DNA from: an uncultured Gemmatimonadaceae bacterium
GTDB lineage: Bacteria > Gemmatimonadota > Gemmatimonadetes > Gemmatimonadales > Gemmatimonadaceae
Assembly: GCA_963751275.1 (NCBI GenBank)
Contig: CAVVTZ010000014.1
Location: 32,001-96,000 of the forward strand
Reading direction: 5' to 3'
DNA length: 64,000 nt
The notes beneath the pieces were generated by a model, which did no database searches, was not told where the DNA came from, and saw only the letters and a list, made by a program, of their open reading frames with translations. Made by a program: the position numbers and the translations under genes. Numbering within the stretch: the stretch's first letter is position 1; every line of letters starts with the position of its first letter. This document shows positions 30,615-41,219 of the stretch, one piece after another.

Positions 30615-31010
30615 CTATGCGCCCACTCCGGGCCGCCGCGCCACGAAGATCTTTCCGCCGAGCCAGCACTGCGGGATCGCGAGCACAACGAGCGCGATCG
30701 GGTACCAATGCGGTCCGAGTCCGAGATTCCACGTCGCGAGCATACCGATCAACGCGAGCAACGCGCCGACGAGGCCGAGGATGAGCGCGTGCTTCATCGG
30801 GTTGGCCGGGGCGAGCCGCGCGGTAAGCCACCCGCCGGCGATGCCGATCGGGATCCGATAGGCGGTCGACAGCGCCGCGTGCAGGTCGTTAATGGGCGCG
30901 TTCGCCGGGGGGAAGAACCCGGTCACGTGCAAGATGACGTCGACGATTGTCGTCACGATGAAGACGAACAATACGCCGGCGACCACGGCCCAGATGGATC
31001 TCCACTTCAT
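30615..31010 (-). CDS. small 4-TM membrane protein
   Basis: RSIWAVVAG, GGWLTARLAP..PMKHAL and GPHWYP. Confidence 0.75.
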   Translation of the reverse strand: MKWRSIWAVVAGVLFVFIVTTIVDVILHVTGFFPPANAPINDLHAALSTAYRIPIGIAGGWLTARLAPANPMKHALILGLVGALLALIGMLATWNLGLGPHWYPIALVVLAIPQCWLGGKIFVARRPGVGA

Positions 31011-31031
31011 CGCGAGTGTCTCCCGTGTGCG

Positions 31032-32204
31032 TTAGAGATAGCTGAGCCACGCATCGCTGCGGCGCTGCTTGAGCCCGGCGAACCACCGGCACGCGGGATA
31101 GCAGGCGATCACCACGAGCGCCCAAACAAGATAGACCACCGGCAGCGAGTATCCCCAGTTCGGCGGCGGCGTGAACGGATAGTTGCCCAGGTCCGGCGAC
31201 TCGAACATCCAGTGCGCGGTGCCGTATCGCACCCAGCAGGTGGCCACGGCCAGTGCGTGGATGAGCGAGAAGTGCAGGATGTAATAGAACATTGGCACCT
31301 TGCCGTACACGAGTGCCGGGCGGAGCGAGCGCGGCGTTGCACGGTCCACCGCCCAGAGGAAGACGAGCGCGGGGCCGAGCGTCATCAGCAGGAATGAGAG
31401 CGACGGCGGATACTTGGTCACGTTGAGGAAGGAGAGCAGCGTGAACAGTGGCGTCGCCATCGTCTTCCAGGGACGCGGGTCGCCATAGATGTTCACTCCG
31501 CGCACGAGGATGAACGCCGCCGTGATCGCGAGCCCCGCGCGCAACAGGAATGCGCGGCGGCGGTCGCCGTCCCAGCTGTAGACCTGCCCGAGCCCGTAGC
31601 CCACCGCGGTCACGCCGATCCACGGGATGAGCGGATACGCGACGAATACCACGTGTTCCTTCGTGTTGAGCACGAAGCCGGGCTGGTGCAGGATGTTCCA
31701 AAAGGGACTCGCGATGCGCAGGCCGTCGAGCGCGTTGTGCCCCAGGATCATCACGATGCCGATCGCCGTCACTGCGGCCACGGGCAGGCGCACGATGAGT
31801 CCGAGGAAGATCATCGCCCAGCCGAGCGCCCAGAGCACGAGCAGCATCGTTACGCGGTAGTCGAAATTGAATTGGTAGCTGAGGCAGCGGAGCACGACGA
31901 TCTCGAGGAGGATCAGCCAGAGCCCGCGCGTGATCAGGAACTTCGAGAGATCGGCCACCGAGCGGCGGCGCAGCGCGAGATACGCGCCGGTGCCCGTGAG
32001 CAGGAAGAAGACCGGCGCGCAGAAGAAGGTGATCCAGCGGGTGAGGAAGAGCGCCGCGCTGGCGGTGGAGAGATCGACGGGGTTCTGCCCTGGGATGCCG
32101 AAGAAATCGCGCGTGTGATCGAGCGCCATGATGATCATGATCACGCCGCGCAGGAGGTCGACCGACTCGATGCGCGAGCGGTTGGCCGGTGCGGCGGCCG
32201 TCAC
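31032..32204 (-). CDS. DUF1624 / heparan-alpha-glucosaminide N-acetyltransferase-like membrane protein
   Basis: RIESVDLLRG..MALDHTRDFF, TRWIT..CAPVF and KYPPSL; GTG overlaps the upstream stop. Confidence 0.85.
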   Translation of the reverse strand: MTAAAPANRSRIESVDLLRGVIMIIMALDHTRDFFGIPGQNPVDLSTASAALFLTRWITFFCAPVFFLLTGTGAYLALRRRSVADLSKFLITRGLWLILLEIVVLRCLSYQFNFDYRVTMLLVLWALGWAMIFLGLIVRLPVAAVTAIGIVMILGHNALDGLRIASPFWNILHQPGFVLNTKEHVVFVAYPLIPWIGVTAVGYGLGQVYSWDGDRRRAFLLRAGLAITAAFILVRGVNIYGDPRPWKTMATPLFTLLSFLNVTKYPPSLSFLLMTLGPALVFLWAVDRATPRSLRPALVYGKVPMFYYILHFSLIHALAVATCWVRYGTAHWMFESPDLGNYPFTPPPNWGYSLPVVYLVWALVVIACYPACRWFAGLKQRRSDAWLSYL

Positions 32205-32758
32205 GTCTCCGGCACGTAGGTGAGCAGCACCGCGCCGCTCTTGAAGACGCGTGATGCGGTGAGCTTCAACTTGAGCGGCGCGGGGATCCCGCTGAACACC
32301 GAGGTGCCGGCGCCGATGGCGACGGGGTAGATCATGAATTGGAATTGATCGATGAGGCCCGCGGCCGCGAATTGGGTGACGATGCTGCCGCTGCCGAGGA
32401 TCGTCATGCCCTTCCCTGGACCTTCTTTCATCTTGCGCACCTCGGCGACGATGTCGCCGCTTACAATGCGCGTGTTGCTCCACGTGGCGTTCTTCATGGT
32501 GCGCGAGAAGACGATCTTCTCGGTGGCGTTCATGCCGTTGGCGACCACGGGGTCCATCTTCTGCGCAGCCGCCGTTGGCCAGAAAGAGGCCATCATTTCA
32601 TAGGTGACGCGCCCGAAGAGGAGCGTGCTGCCCGAGCTCGCGCCCTCGCGCGAGAACTCGGCCTCTTCTTCGCTATGGCGGTTCCAGCTGATGTCGCCGT
32701 TCGGGCCTTTGTAGAAGCCGTTGAGCGAGAGGAAGTCGAAGACGTTGAGGAGTCGCAT
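32201..32758 (-). CDS. dihydrofolate reductase-like (RibD C-terminal) protein
   Basis: SLNGF, LLFGRVTYE, KIVFSRT, GSGSIV and GLIDQ..PVAIGAG. Confidence 0.88.
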   Translation of the reverse strand: MRLLNVFDFLSLNGFYKGPNGDISWNRHSEEEAEFSREGASSGSTLLFGRVTYEMMASFWPTAAAQKMDPVVANGMNATEKIVFSRTMKNATWSNTRIVSGDIVAEVRKMKEGPGKGMTILGSGSIVTQFAAAGLIDQFQFMIYPVAIGAGTSVFSGIPAPLKLKLTASRVFKSGAVLLTYVPET

Positions 32759-32760
32759 GG

Positions 32761-33405
32761 CTACATCGGCGGCCCGGCCGTGAACTGCACGCCAGCGGGC
32801 AGCATGAAGAGTGAATCGGAGAAGGTCCCGGGCACCTCGACGGACCGCGCGTCGTAAATGATGAGCGTGTGATCCGGGAAGGTGATGGACGCATGCACCG
32901 GGAAGTTCTGCAAGTCGGTCGCGTAGTAATAGATGCGCGTCGTGCTGTCCGCGGCGACGATGCAGTCGTAGCGCACAAAGGGATGGCCGTCGAAGGTGCC
33001 GGTCGTACCGCGCTTGCCGTTGGCTCGACAGGCCGCGGACTTGGCGATGAAGCCCACCGACGCGACGATGAGCTTTCGTTCGTCACCCTCCGGCGACGTG
33101 AACTTGAGTCCGGTCGTTCCTCCGAGGTGCCAACTGTACGCCTCGTTGCCCACACGCAGGATGCGCACCGAGTCGTCCGCGCTCGGACCGCCGCCGATCA
33201 GCGCGCTGTCGCCCCGCATCCATACCTGGAACTCGGCCGGCTTCCGCCGCGGGATGCTCCCACCCTCGACGCGGCGCACGGCGGTCCAATGCGCTGAGGT
33301 CCACGTGGTGGGCGCGAGCCCGGCGCTGTCGGCGGGTCTCGCGGTGCAAGCGAGCGCGGAGAGCGCGGCCGACGCACAGAATAATCCCGACGGAGAGATG
33401 TTCAT
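32761..33405 (-). CDS. hypothetical lipoprotein
   Basis: ALAC lipobox-like motif; C-terminal FSDSLFMLPAG typical of LolA-like folds (weak). Confidence 0.6.
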   Translation of the reverse strand: MNISPSGLFCASAALSALACTARPADSAGLAPTTWTSAHWTAVRRVEGGSIPRRKPAEFQVWMRGDSALIGGGPSADDSVRILRVGNEAYSWHLGGTTGLKFTSPEGDERKLIVASVGFIAKSAACRANGKRGTTGTFDGHPFVRYDCIVAADSTTRIYYYATDLQNFPVHASITFPDHTLIIYDARSVEVPGTFSDSLFMLPAGVQFTAGPPM

Positions 33406-33445
33406 GCGCCTATCCTATGTGATTCGTGCCGCGCCCGAAAGTCGT

Positions 33446-34088
33446 TCAGGTCGATGCCATCCGCCGTTCCCGCGCGAGGATCCGGTTCTGCAGCAGCGAC
33501 ACGGCCGATCCCGCACCGAACGAGAGCACCAGCGCGCTCGACGAACTCCACATGAGCGCGAGTGAGATCCCGAAAACCAGCCCGTACCCGAGGACGCGCA
33601 CAGCGGGATTCGTGTTCGCCGCGGGCGCCGCCGAGATCCCCGCCGCCATGAGCGCGCAGGTGACGCCGAGCAGGATCACATCGGGCCGCGCGAGATCGCC
33701 TACCCACAGGAACCGCACCCCTGCGCCGATCCCCTCTCCGCAGCGCGGCGAAGAACGCGCCGAAGATCGGCGCCTGCACGGCGAAGTTGAGGAGCATCGC
33801 GGGGCTGAACGGCCTGATCCCGTTCGCCTCATACAATGCCTGCGTGGCGGTCGCGAGCTTCACCGGGTTCGTCTCGTAGCGCTGTTGCAGCCGCTTGAGC
33901 TCCGGCTGGAGCGCCGCGATGCGCGCCTGCTGCGCGTTCATCTGGCGCGCCATGCGCAGCGTCAGCGGCAGCAGCGCGATGCGGATCGCCGCCGAGATGA
34001 CGAGAATGCCCGCGCCGAGGCTGCCGCCGCACACGTGCGCCGCCCCGAAGATCGCGGCCTGGAAGAGCTCAACGATGCTGCCCCACAT
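33446..34088 (-). CDS. short YidC/Oxa1-family insertase paralog, frameshifted near 33737
   Basis: IRIALLPL, LQPELKRLQQRY, LYEANGIRP, VQAPIF, FLWVGDLARPD and SLLQ. Confidence 0.78.
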
Positions 34089-34130
34089 GCTCGCCTCACT
34101 CGCAAGAGAGTGGAACGTCCCCGCCCTGCA

Positions 34131-34628
34131 CTACGATGAGCGGCCCGCATTGGTGCCGGACGCCGCTCCGAGCGACCGGCTCGCCGTGAACACGATGGGC
34201 AGCGCGACGAAGAAGATGTGCCCGGCGAGCTGGATCCACCACCGCACGCCGATCACCGGCGGCTTGTGCGTGAAGAGCGGGATCCACACGATCGACATGA
34301 ACAGCCAGATGAGCGGTCCGTACACAGCCGCCATGCCGAGCACGCCCGGAAGCGTTGCGACCGCCCGCCGCAGCCACGCGAGCCGCGTGAGCAGCAGCAC
34401 GAACACCCCCGCCCACGTGAAAGCGACGCAGATATGCAGCCCGATCCCAATGAGGATCGTGCGCGTACCACCGCCGATCGCCGCCGGACCCAGCGGCACA
34501 CTGGCCACCCCCTGCCAGATCCGCGCGAACGTCGAGCCGTAGCCATACACGCTGAGCGCGCTGGCGAACAGAAAATCGACGCACGCGATGACGAGACCCG
34601 TCCGCAGCCAGACCTTGAAGGTGTTCAC
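34131..34628 (-). CDS. hypothetical 4-TM membrane protein
   Basis: WQGVASVPLG..GLHICVAFTW..HIFFVALPI. Confidence 0.7.
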   Translation of the reverse strand: MNTFKVWLRTGLVIACVDFLFASALSVYGYGSTFARIWQGVASVPLGPAAIGGGTRTILIGIGLHICVAFTWAGVFVLLLTRLAWLRRAVATLPGVLGMAAVYGPLIWLFMSIVWIPLFTHKPPVIGVRWWIQLAGHIFFVALPIVFTASRSLGAASGTNAGRSS

Positions 34629-34676
34629 GTTCGGGCTCCTCGGTGAGGGGTGTCAGGTCTCGGTGTGGCCTTCACG

Positions 34677-34809
34677 GTAGAACAAACTGCTTTGACAGGA
34701 TTACAGGATGAACAGGATTGACAGGATGACTGCCCTGCACCTGGCGTGCAGGGCAGTCATCCTGTCAATCCTGTTCATCCTGTAATCCTGTCAAAGCAGT
34801 TTGTTCTAC
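34677..34809. repeat. palindromic element, family A, with perfect 64-bp arms
   Basis: Arms 34677-34740 and 34746-34809 are exact reverse complements; each holds four ACAGGAT cores. Confidence 0.95.
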
Positions 34810-34900
34810 TCGATACACGAAGACCCTTGAATCTGATAGCCCCCCGCAGACATTGAAGGAACGCATCCGATCCATCACCCTCTACCAATCGGAGGCCATC

Positions 34901-35212
34901 ATGTTCCTCATCCGCGAAATCATGTACTGCAAGCCGGGCAAGGTCCGCCCGCTCGTCGAGAAGTTCGTCGCGATGAACAAGCTCGGTTCCAAGGTCGGGA
35001 TGCCGAAGATGCGCATCATGACCGATTTCTGCGCCGACCAATATTGGATGCTCGTCGCCGAGATGGAGGTCGAGGACCTCGCCTCCTTCGAGAAATCGAT
35101 GAGCAATCCGCCCGGCTCCAAGGAAGACATGAAGAAGTTCGAGGAGATCATGAAGGGCTATCACGATCTCGTCGACCGCGGCAAGCGCGAGATCTACAAG
35201 ATCGAAGCCTGA
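34901..35212 (+). CDS. small NIPSNAP-like alpha/beta protein
   Basis: GGAGG RBS; MFLIREIMYCKPGKV..RIMTD..YHDLVDRGKREIY. Confidence 0.7.
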   Translation: MFLIREIMYCKPGKVRPLVEKFVAMNKLGSKVGMPKMRIMTDFCADQYWMLVAEMEVEDLASFEKSMSNPPGSKEDMKKFEEIMKGYHDLVDRGKREIYKIEA

Positions 35213-35228
35213 TCACCGGAGACGCGCG

Positions 35229-35747
35229 TTGCTCGCACTGCTGAAATTCATCCAATCGCTGGTCCAGACGCTGCACTCCGACGGGAGCCCCGGGCAGATC
35301 GCCGCGGGGCTCGCGTTGGGGGCGGCGCTCGGGCTCACGCCCCTCATGAGCCTGCAGAACTTCGTCATCTTCTGCCTGCTCTTCCTGCTCAACGTCTCCT
35401 TCGGCGCTGGGATGCTCGGCTGGGCGATCGCGACGCCGGTCGGGTTCCTCCTCGATCCGGTGTTCGATCGCATCGGCACCGCGCTGCTCGATAGCGCGGC
35501 GCTGCGCCCGCTCTGGACATCGCTCACCAACGTGCCGATCGTGCCGTTCACCAATTTCAACAACACGGTGACGCTCGGCAGTTTCGTCGTGTGGGGCGTG
35601 TTGCTCATCCCGATGTACTTCGGCGCGCGCTTCCTGGTGATCAAGTACCGCGTCACGTTCGGCGAGCGCGTCCGCCGCTCCGCGTTCTGGAGAGCGCTCG
35701 CGGCGTCCAAGGCCTACAACGTCTATCGCTGGTTCCGGCCGGAGTGA
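35229..35747 (+). CDS. TIGR03546-family membrane protein
   Basis: LHSDGSPGQIAAG..LGLTP, LNVSFG and FTNFNNTVTLGS; directly upstream of the TIGR03545-like gene. Confidence 0.82.
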   Translation: MLALLKFIQSLVQTLHSDGSPGQIAAGLALGAALGLTPLMSLQNFVIFCLLFLLNVSFGAGMLGWAIATPVGFLLDPVFDRIGTALLDSAALRPLWTSLTNVPIVPFTNFNNTVTLGSFVVWGVLLIPMYFGARFLVIKYRVTFGERVRRSAFWRALAASKAYNVYRWFRPE

Positions 35748-35751
35748 TGCG

Positions 35752-37581
35752 ATGAACCACGGCATCTTCCGCTGGAAGGCGATCGCCGCGCTCGCGGCCG
35801 TGCTGGTCGTGCTCGGCGGGCTCTGGGCGATCTTCGGCGATTGGGTCGTGAGAACCGAGCTCGAGAGCGCCGGCAGCTCGATCCTGGGCGCCGAGGTGGA
35901 CATCGGCTCGCTCACGATCCACACGACGAAGGCCGCCGTGGAGATGAGCGGCCTGCAGATCGCGAGCCCCTTCGACTCCACGAAGAACCTGGTGGAGGCG
36001 AAGACGATCGTGATCAACCTCGCCTTCCTCCCGCTCTTGCAGAAGAAGCTGGTGATGGACCAGGTGGTGCTGGGCGGGATGCAATTCATGACGGCGCGCG
36101 CGAAGCCGGCGCGCTCGTATGCGTCGAAGAACGGGATCGCCTCGCGCCTGGTGACCGAGATGAACGCGTGGGCGAAGAAGGTCGAGGTGCCGCTGCTCTC
36201 GCTCACGCCGATCGACACGATCAAGTCATTGGTGCTCGACCCGTCGAGCCTCGCGACGATCAAGGCGGTGAACGCGCTCACCGCGCGCGCCGATTCGGTG
36301 AAGGGTGCGTTCCAGAAGAACATCGCCGATCTGCATCTGCAGCAGGTGATCGATTCCACGCAGGCGCTTGCGAAGCAGCTGGCCGCCACGAAGACGAGCG
36401 GGATGGGGATCGCCGACATTGCGCAGAACGTGCAGGCCGCGCGAAATGGCATCGACCGGATCAACGAGACCAAGAAGCAGGTCGAGACGCTCGAACAGAG
36501 CGCGAAGACGGCCGCCGCGCTGCTTGCGACCGGCGTGCACAGCGTGGATTCCGCGCGCCAGAGTGACTACGACTTCGCGAAGGGGCTGCTCAAACTGCCC
36601 AAGCTCGAAGCGCCGAACATCGGCTCCGCACTGTTCGGCCCGGTGAGCATCGACCGCTTGCAGCAGGCGATCTACTGGGCGCGCCTCGCGCAGGAGTACA
36701 TCCCGCCGGGCCTGCAACCCTGGCGGCGCACAGGGCCGAGCCGCGCGCGCATGGCGGGCACGACGTATTCATTCCCGGTCGCGCACACCGATCCCGATTT
36801 CCTCCTGCGCGAGGGCGAACTGAGCTTCGCGCTCTCGACGGGCCCAGTGACGGGATCGTTCTCCGGCACCTTGACCGGACTCACGACGCAGCCCGCGATC
36901 TACGGACGCCCCGCCACGCTCAAGGCGAGCGGGACGACGACGGGCAAGGATGCGCTGACCGCCGATGTCGGTGCCGTGCTCGATCATACTGGGTCGCCGG
37001 TGCACGATTCCGCGCGCGCGCGATTGAAAGGGGTGCCGATCCCATCGTTCGAATTGCCCGGACTTCCGTTCGGCGTGGCGCCGGGACACGGGGAGTCGGA
37101 ACTCACGATGGCGATCCGCGGCGACAAGATCGATGGCAGTTGGTCGATGCGATCGACCGAGGCGGCCTGGCATGTCGCTCCGGCCAGCGCGCAGTCGTTG
37201 AGTCTGATGGAGAGCACGCTCTATCGCGTGCTCTCGGGGCTCACGGAGCTGGACGTGACGGCCGAAGTGCATGGCAATATCGCGTCACCATCGCTGTCGG
37301 TGAGTTCGAACGTCGACCAGGAGATCGCCGCGCGCCTGCGCGCGATCGTGGGGGAGGAATTGGTGAAGGCGGAGGCGAAGGCGAAGGCGGCGGTGGACAA
37401 GATCGTCGCCGATAAGGTGGAACCGATCACGAAGCAGGTGGCCGGAGTGCAAGGGTTGATCGATACGCAGCTCGGCGGTTCGAAGTCGCAGCTGGATCAG
37501 GTGGAGAAGCAGCTGGAAGCCGAGATCGCGCGGGCGACCGGCGCCGGAAATCTCTTCAACCTGCCCAAGATCAAGCCGTAG
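35752..37581 (+). CDS. TIGR03545-family (AsmA-like N-terminus) protein
   Basis: FRWKAI plus TM anchor, GAEVDIG, LQIASP..KNL, central coiled coil and LSVSSNVD. Confidence 0.8.
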   Translation: MNHGIFRWKAIAALAAVLVVLGGLWAIFGDWVVRTELESAGSSILGAEVDIGSLTIHTTKAAVEMSGLQIASPFDSTKNLVEAKTIVINLAFLPLLQKKLVMDQVVLGGMQFMTARAKPARSYASKNGIASRLVTEMNAWAKKVEVPLLSLTPIDTIKSLVLDPSSLATIKAVNALTARADSVKGAFQKNIADLHLQQVIDSTQALAKQLAATKTSGMGIADIAQNVQAARNGIDRINETKKQVETLEQSAKTAAALLATGVHSVDSARQSDYDFAKGLLKLPKLEAPNIGSALFGPVSIDRLQQAIYWARLAQEYIPPGLQPWRRTGPSRARMAGTTYSFPVAHTDPDFLLREGELSFALSTGPVTGSFSGTLTGLTTQPAIYGRPATLKASGTTTGKDALTADVGAVLDHTGSPVHDSARARLKGVPIPSFELPGLPFGVAPGHGESELTMAIRGDKIDGSWSMRSTEAAWHVAPASAQSLSLMESTLYRVLSGLTELDVTAEVHGNIASPSLSVSSNVDQEIAARLRAIVGEELVKAEAKAKAAVDKIVADKVEPITKQVAGVQGLIDTQLGGSKSQLDQVEKQLEAEIARATGAGNLFNLPKIKP

Positions 37582-37610
37582 GCCGTCTCGCGTCGATCAT
37601 CGGAGACGAC

Positions 37611-38871
37611 TCATCCAGGCGCAGCGCCGCCGAACGCCGCGCCATGCGCTTCGGGCCCGACCGCCGTAAGGATCGCGATCGCCACCGCTGATGCCGCGGC
37701 CACCACCGCCAGCGCCATCGCGTAGTTGCCGCCGTGCGACTGGGCGAACCCCGCCTGCCACGTGGCGTTCACGCTCGCGAGCAGATTCCCCAACTGGTAC
37801 GCGAAGCCCGGGAAGGTGCCGCGCACTTCATCCGGCGACAGCTCGTTGAGGTGCACCGGGATCACCCCCCACGCGCCCTGCACCGAGATCTGGATGAGGA
37901 ACGCGCCCAGCGCGATGAGCGCGACGTTGGTGCTGAACGACCAGAGCGGAATGAGCGGGAGCGCGAGCAGCGCCGCGGCGATGATCGTGCGCCGTCGGCC
38001 GAAGCGCTGCGAGAACACGCCGAACGTCACGCCGCCCACGATGGCGCCGATGTTGGCGATGATCGCGATGAGGCTCACCGTGTGCGTGGGGAGCGCGCGC
38101 TGCGACTGCAGGAACGTCGGATACAGATCCTGCGTGCCGTGGCTGAAGAAGTTGAACGCCGTCATCAGCAGCACGACGTACGCGAACAAGCCGGCGCGCT
38201 GCTTCAACACCGCGCCGAGCGTGCGCCGCGGCCGCTCGCGCAGCTGCCGCCACGCCGGCGACTCGTCCACGTGGCGGCGGATGAAGAGCACGAGCAGCGC
38301 CGGCAGCACCCCCACCATGAACATCCCGCGCCAGCCGATCCGGTCGAACAACAGGCCGTACGTCACCGCGGCCAGCAGGTAGCCGCACGCATAGCCCTGC
38401 TGCAGACACGCCCGACGCCAATCCGCGCGCCCGCGCGGGAATGGTTTCCATCGTGAGCGCCGCGCCGATCCCCCATTCGCCGCCCATCGCGAAGCCGAAC
38501 GCCGCGCGCAGCACGAGCAGCGCCACGAGGGTCGGCGCGAACGCCGAGGCGAGTTCGAGCACGGAGAACAACATGATGTCCACCATGAGCACGGGCCGCC
38601 GCCCATAGCGGTCCGCGAGCAGGCCGAACACCAGCGCGCCCAGCGGGCGCATCGCGAGCGTGAGCGTGATGCCGAACGCGACGGCCTTCACATCGGTGCC
38701 GAACTCCGCCGCCACGGCGCGGAGGATGAACACCATGAGGAAGAAGTCGAAGGCATCGAGCGTCCAGCCCAAGAAGCTCGCGGTGAACGCGTTGCGCTGG
38801 CGGCGGTCCAGGATCCGCCACGTGTCGAGCAGCCCCAGGGGCTGTTCGGCCGGCTCGGCGCCCGCGCTCAC
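37611..38871 (-). CDS. MFS transporter (SHS/Jen1-like carboxylate family), frameshifted near 38410
   Basis: SFLGWTLDAFDFF, LADRYGRR, GGEWG, FSHGTQDLYPTFL and GFAYQLGNL. Confidence 0.88.
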
Positions 38872-41219
38872 TCCACCTCGACGCGCACTTCGTCGTGTGC
38901 GCCCACGGCGTCGCGCGCGCGTCCGCCGGCCACCGCGCGGATCACGTGCGTGCCGGGCTCGAGCGTGAGGCGCGCGCTCGAGGTGGCGCGGCCATCGATG
39001 TACCACGCCACCGGCTCGCCGGGCGGCGCGCCCGCCGTGAGCAGCGCGACCGTCGCGTAGCGCGGCGGCACGCCGGGCGGAATGGAGAATCGATCGCCGT
39101 TCCGCGGCGAGACGATGCGGAATCCGCCCGGCTCGCTCGCCGCCTCGCGCTGCAGCGCCGCGGCCGGCCGCGCACCCGATGCCTGCGCCGCCTGCGCGGC
39201 CCATTCCGCATACATCGCCGGCAAGGTCAGGACGCCGTCACGATGCCAATCGCACTCCGCGCGCGGCGCCGTGCCCGGCGCGAACCACTCGGTGATGCGC
39301 GGACACGCCGGCCCCGCCAGCATCCCCGACACCGCGCAGATCTCCACCGCCATCGCCCCCACCGCCTCGGGCCGCACGAGATCCCCCGGCGGCATCCGGT
39401 TCGCCACCAGCAGCATCGCATGCGCGAGCAGCGGCCCCGCACCGGCCACGCCGCTCACGCCTTCCATCGGATGCCCGTTGAAATTCCCCACCCACACGGC
39501 CACGGTGAATCCCGCGGTGACGCCAACCGCCCAGTTGTCGGTGAAGTGGCGGCTCGTGCCCGTCTTCACGGCGGCTCGGAAGGGAAAGTCGAAGGGCGTC
39601 GCGTCGCCGAATCCCGGCGCGCGCGCGTTGGCATCGGAGAGCATGTCGAGCACGAGCGCCGCGGAGCGCGCGGACATCACGCGCGTTCCCTGCACCGCGC
39701 CGGGCCCGCCGCCGTCGGCGGTGATGCGCAGCGGCTGCCATACGCCGCCATTCGCCAGTGAGCGGTACGCGTTCGCCAATTCGATGAGCGTGACATTGCC
39801 ATCGCCGAGTGCGAGGCCCAGGCCATAGTATTCGGGCGAACGCGTGAGCGAGGAGAAACCCGCGGCGTGCAGGGTGCGCAGGAAGGCCGCTGGTCCCACC
39901 TGCGTCACCAGTTCCACCGCCGGCACATTGTACGACGACGCGAGCGCTACGCGCGCGCGCACGGGCCCGTGGTACTGGTGATCGTAATTGCGCGGATGAT
40001 AGGGGCCGGTGGATGTCGCGTAGCTGTGCGCGATGTCGGCGATGATCGTGGCGGGCGTCGCGCCGCGGTCGAAGGCGAGCCCGTACAGGAAGGGCTTGAG
40101 CGCCGAGCCCGGCTGGCGCGCGGACACCACCATGTCCGTCTGTCCCGCGGTGTCCGCCCAGAAATCGGGAGAGCCGACCCACGCGAGCACGGCGCCGGTG
40201 GCGTTGTCGATCACGACGGCCGCCGCGTGCTCTACGCCGCGATCGCGCAGCGACATCACCGTGGCGCGCACTTCGGACTCGATCGCCGTCTGCAGCGCGA
40301 GATCGAGCGACGTGCGCACGGTGCCCACCGGCGCACATCCACTCCGCGTGATCAGGAACTCGTGCTCCACCGCGTCGGGCTCCGCGTCATCGCGCCCGCA
40401 GGCGCTGCCGTCGTCCAAGAGCGCGAGCGCGCGCGTCGTGAAGTGCGGCGCGAGGAACAACGCCCCCGCGCGCGCCGCCGCCAGCGGCTCGGCGCGCGCC
40501 TTCAGCACCTCGCCGGGCGTCGCATACCCCACCGCCTCCAGCCGTGCGAGCGCGAATGCCCGCCGCGCCGCCGCACGCGACGCCGACACGATCGGATTGT
40601 CGCGGCTCGGCGCGTGCGCGATCCCCGCCATCATCGCCGCCTGCGCAAGACTCACGTCGCCGGCGTCCGCGTCGAAATACGTCGATGCCGCCGCGCCAAC
40701 GCCGATCACCCCCTGCCCCAGCTCCACGCGATTGAGATAGCGCTCCAGGATCTCCTGCTTCGTGAGATGCGCCTCGAGCCGCAGCGCCCAGAATACCTGG
40801 CGCACTTTGCCAGCCACGTCGCGCGGCGACGGCCGCACCAGCCGCGCGAGCTGCATCGTGATGGTCGATCCGCCCGACACCACGCGCCGCTGCATTGCGT
40901 TGTCGCGCGCGGCGCGCAGCGCGCCGATCCAGTCCACGCCGTGGTGCGAGAAGAAGCGCTTGTCTTCCACCGCGATGAACGCCGCGATGATGTCGGGATC
41001 GATCTGCGCCAGCGGCATCCAGCGCACGCGGCTGCCGCCTTCGGCGCGCGTGGTGCGAAGCTCCACGCCTTCGCGGTCGGTGAGCGTGATGCCGTTGCCG
41101 GTCGCGAGCTCCGGCCGCCGCACGTCGGCCGGCAGCGGCAGCGCGATCCACACCGCCGCGCTCACCGCCATCGCGCCGGCGAAGATGACGGCACCCCACG
41201 CGAACCGTCGCGCGGTCAC
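38868..41219 (-). CDS. pbpC: penicillin-binding protein 1C
   Basis: Transglycosylase EDKRF and GGSTITMQLAR; transpeptidase SALK, SYN and KTGTS; adjacent to A2M. Confidence 0.9.
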   Translation of the reverse strand: MTARRFAWGAVIFAGAMAVSAAVWIALPLPADVRRPELATGNGITLTDREGVELRTTRAEGGSRVRWMPLAQIDPDIIAAFIAVEDKRFFSHHGVDWIGALRAARDNAMQRRVVSGGSTITMQLARLVRPSPRDVAGKVRQVFWALRLEAHLTKQEILERYLNRVELGQGVIGVGAAASTYFDADAGDVSLAQAAMMAGIAHAPSRDNPIVSASRAAARRAFALARLEAVGYATPGEVLKARAEPLAAARAGALFLAPHFTTRALALLDDGSACGRDDAEPDAVEHEFLITRSGCAPVGTVRTSLDLALQTAIESEVRATVMSLRDRGVEHAAAVVIDNATGAVLAWVGSPDFWADTAGQTDMVVSARQPGSALKPFLYGLAFDRGATPATIIADIAHSYATSTGPYHPRNYDHQYHGPVRARVALASSYNVPAVELVTQVGPAAFLRTLHAAGFSSLTRSPEYYGLGLALGDGNVTLIELANAYRSLANGGVWQPLRITADGGGPGAVQGTRVMSARSAALVLDMLSDANARAPGFGDATPFDFPFRAAVKTGTSRHFTDNWAVGVTAGFTVAVWVGNFNGHPMEGVSGVAGAGPLLAHAMLLVANRMPPGDLVRPEAVGAMAVEICAVSGMLAGPACPRITEWFAPGTAPRAECDWHRDGVLTLPAMYAEWAAQAAQASGARPAAALQREAASEPGGFRIVSPRNGDRFSIPPGVPPRYATVALLTAGAPPGEPVAWYIDGRATSSARLTLEPGTHVIRAVAGGRARDAVGAHDEVRVEVE

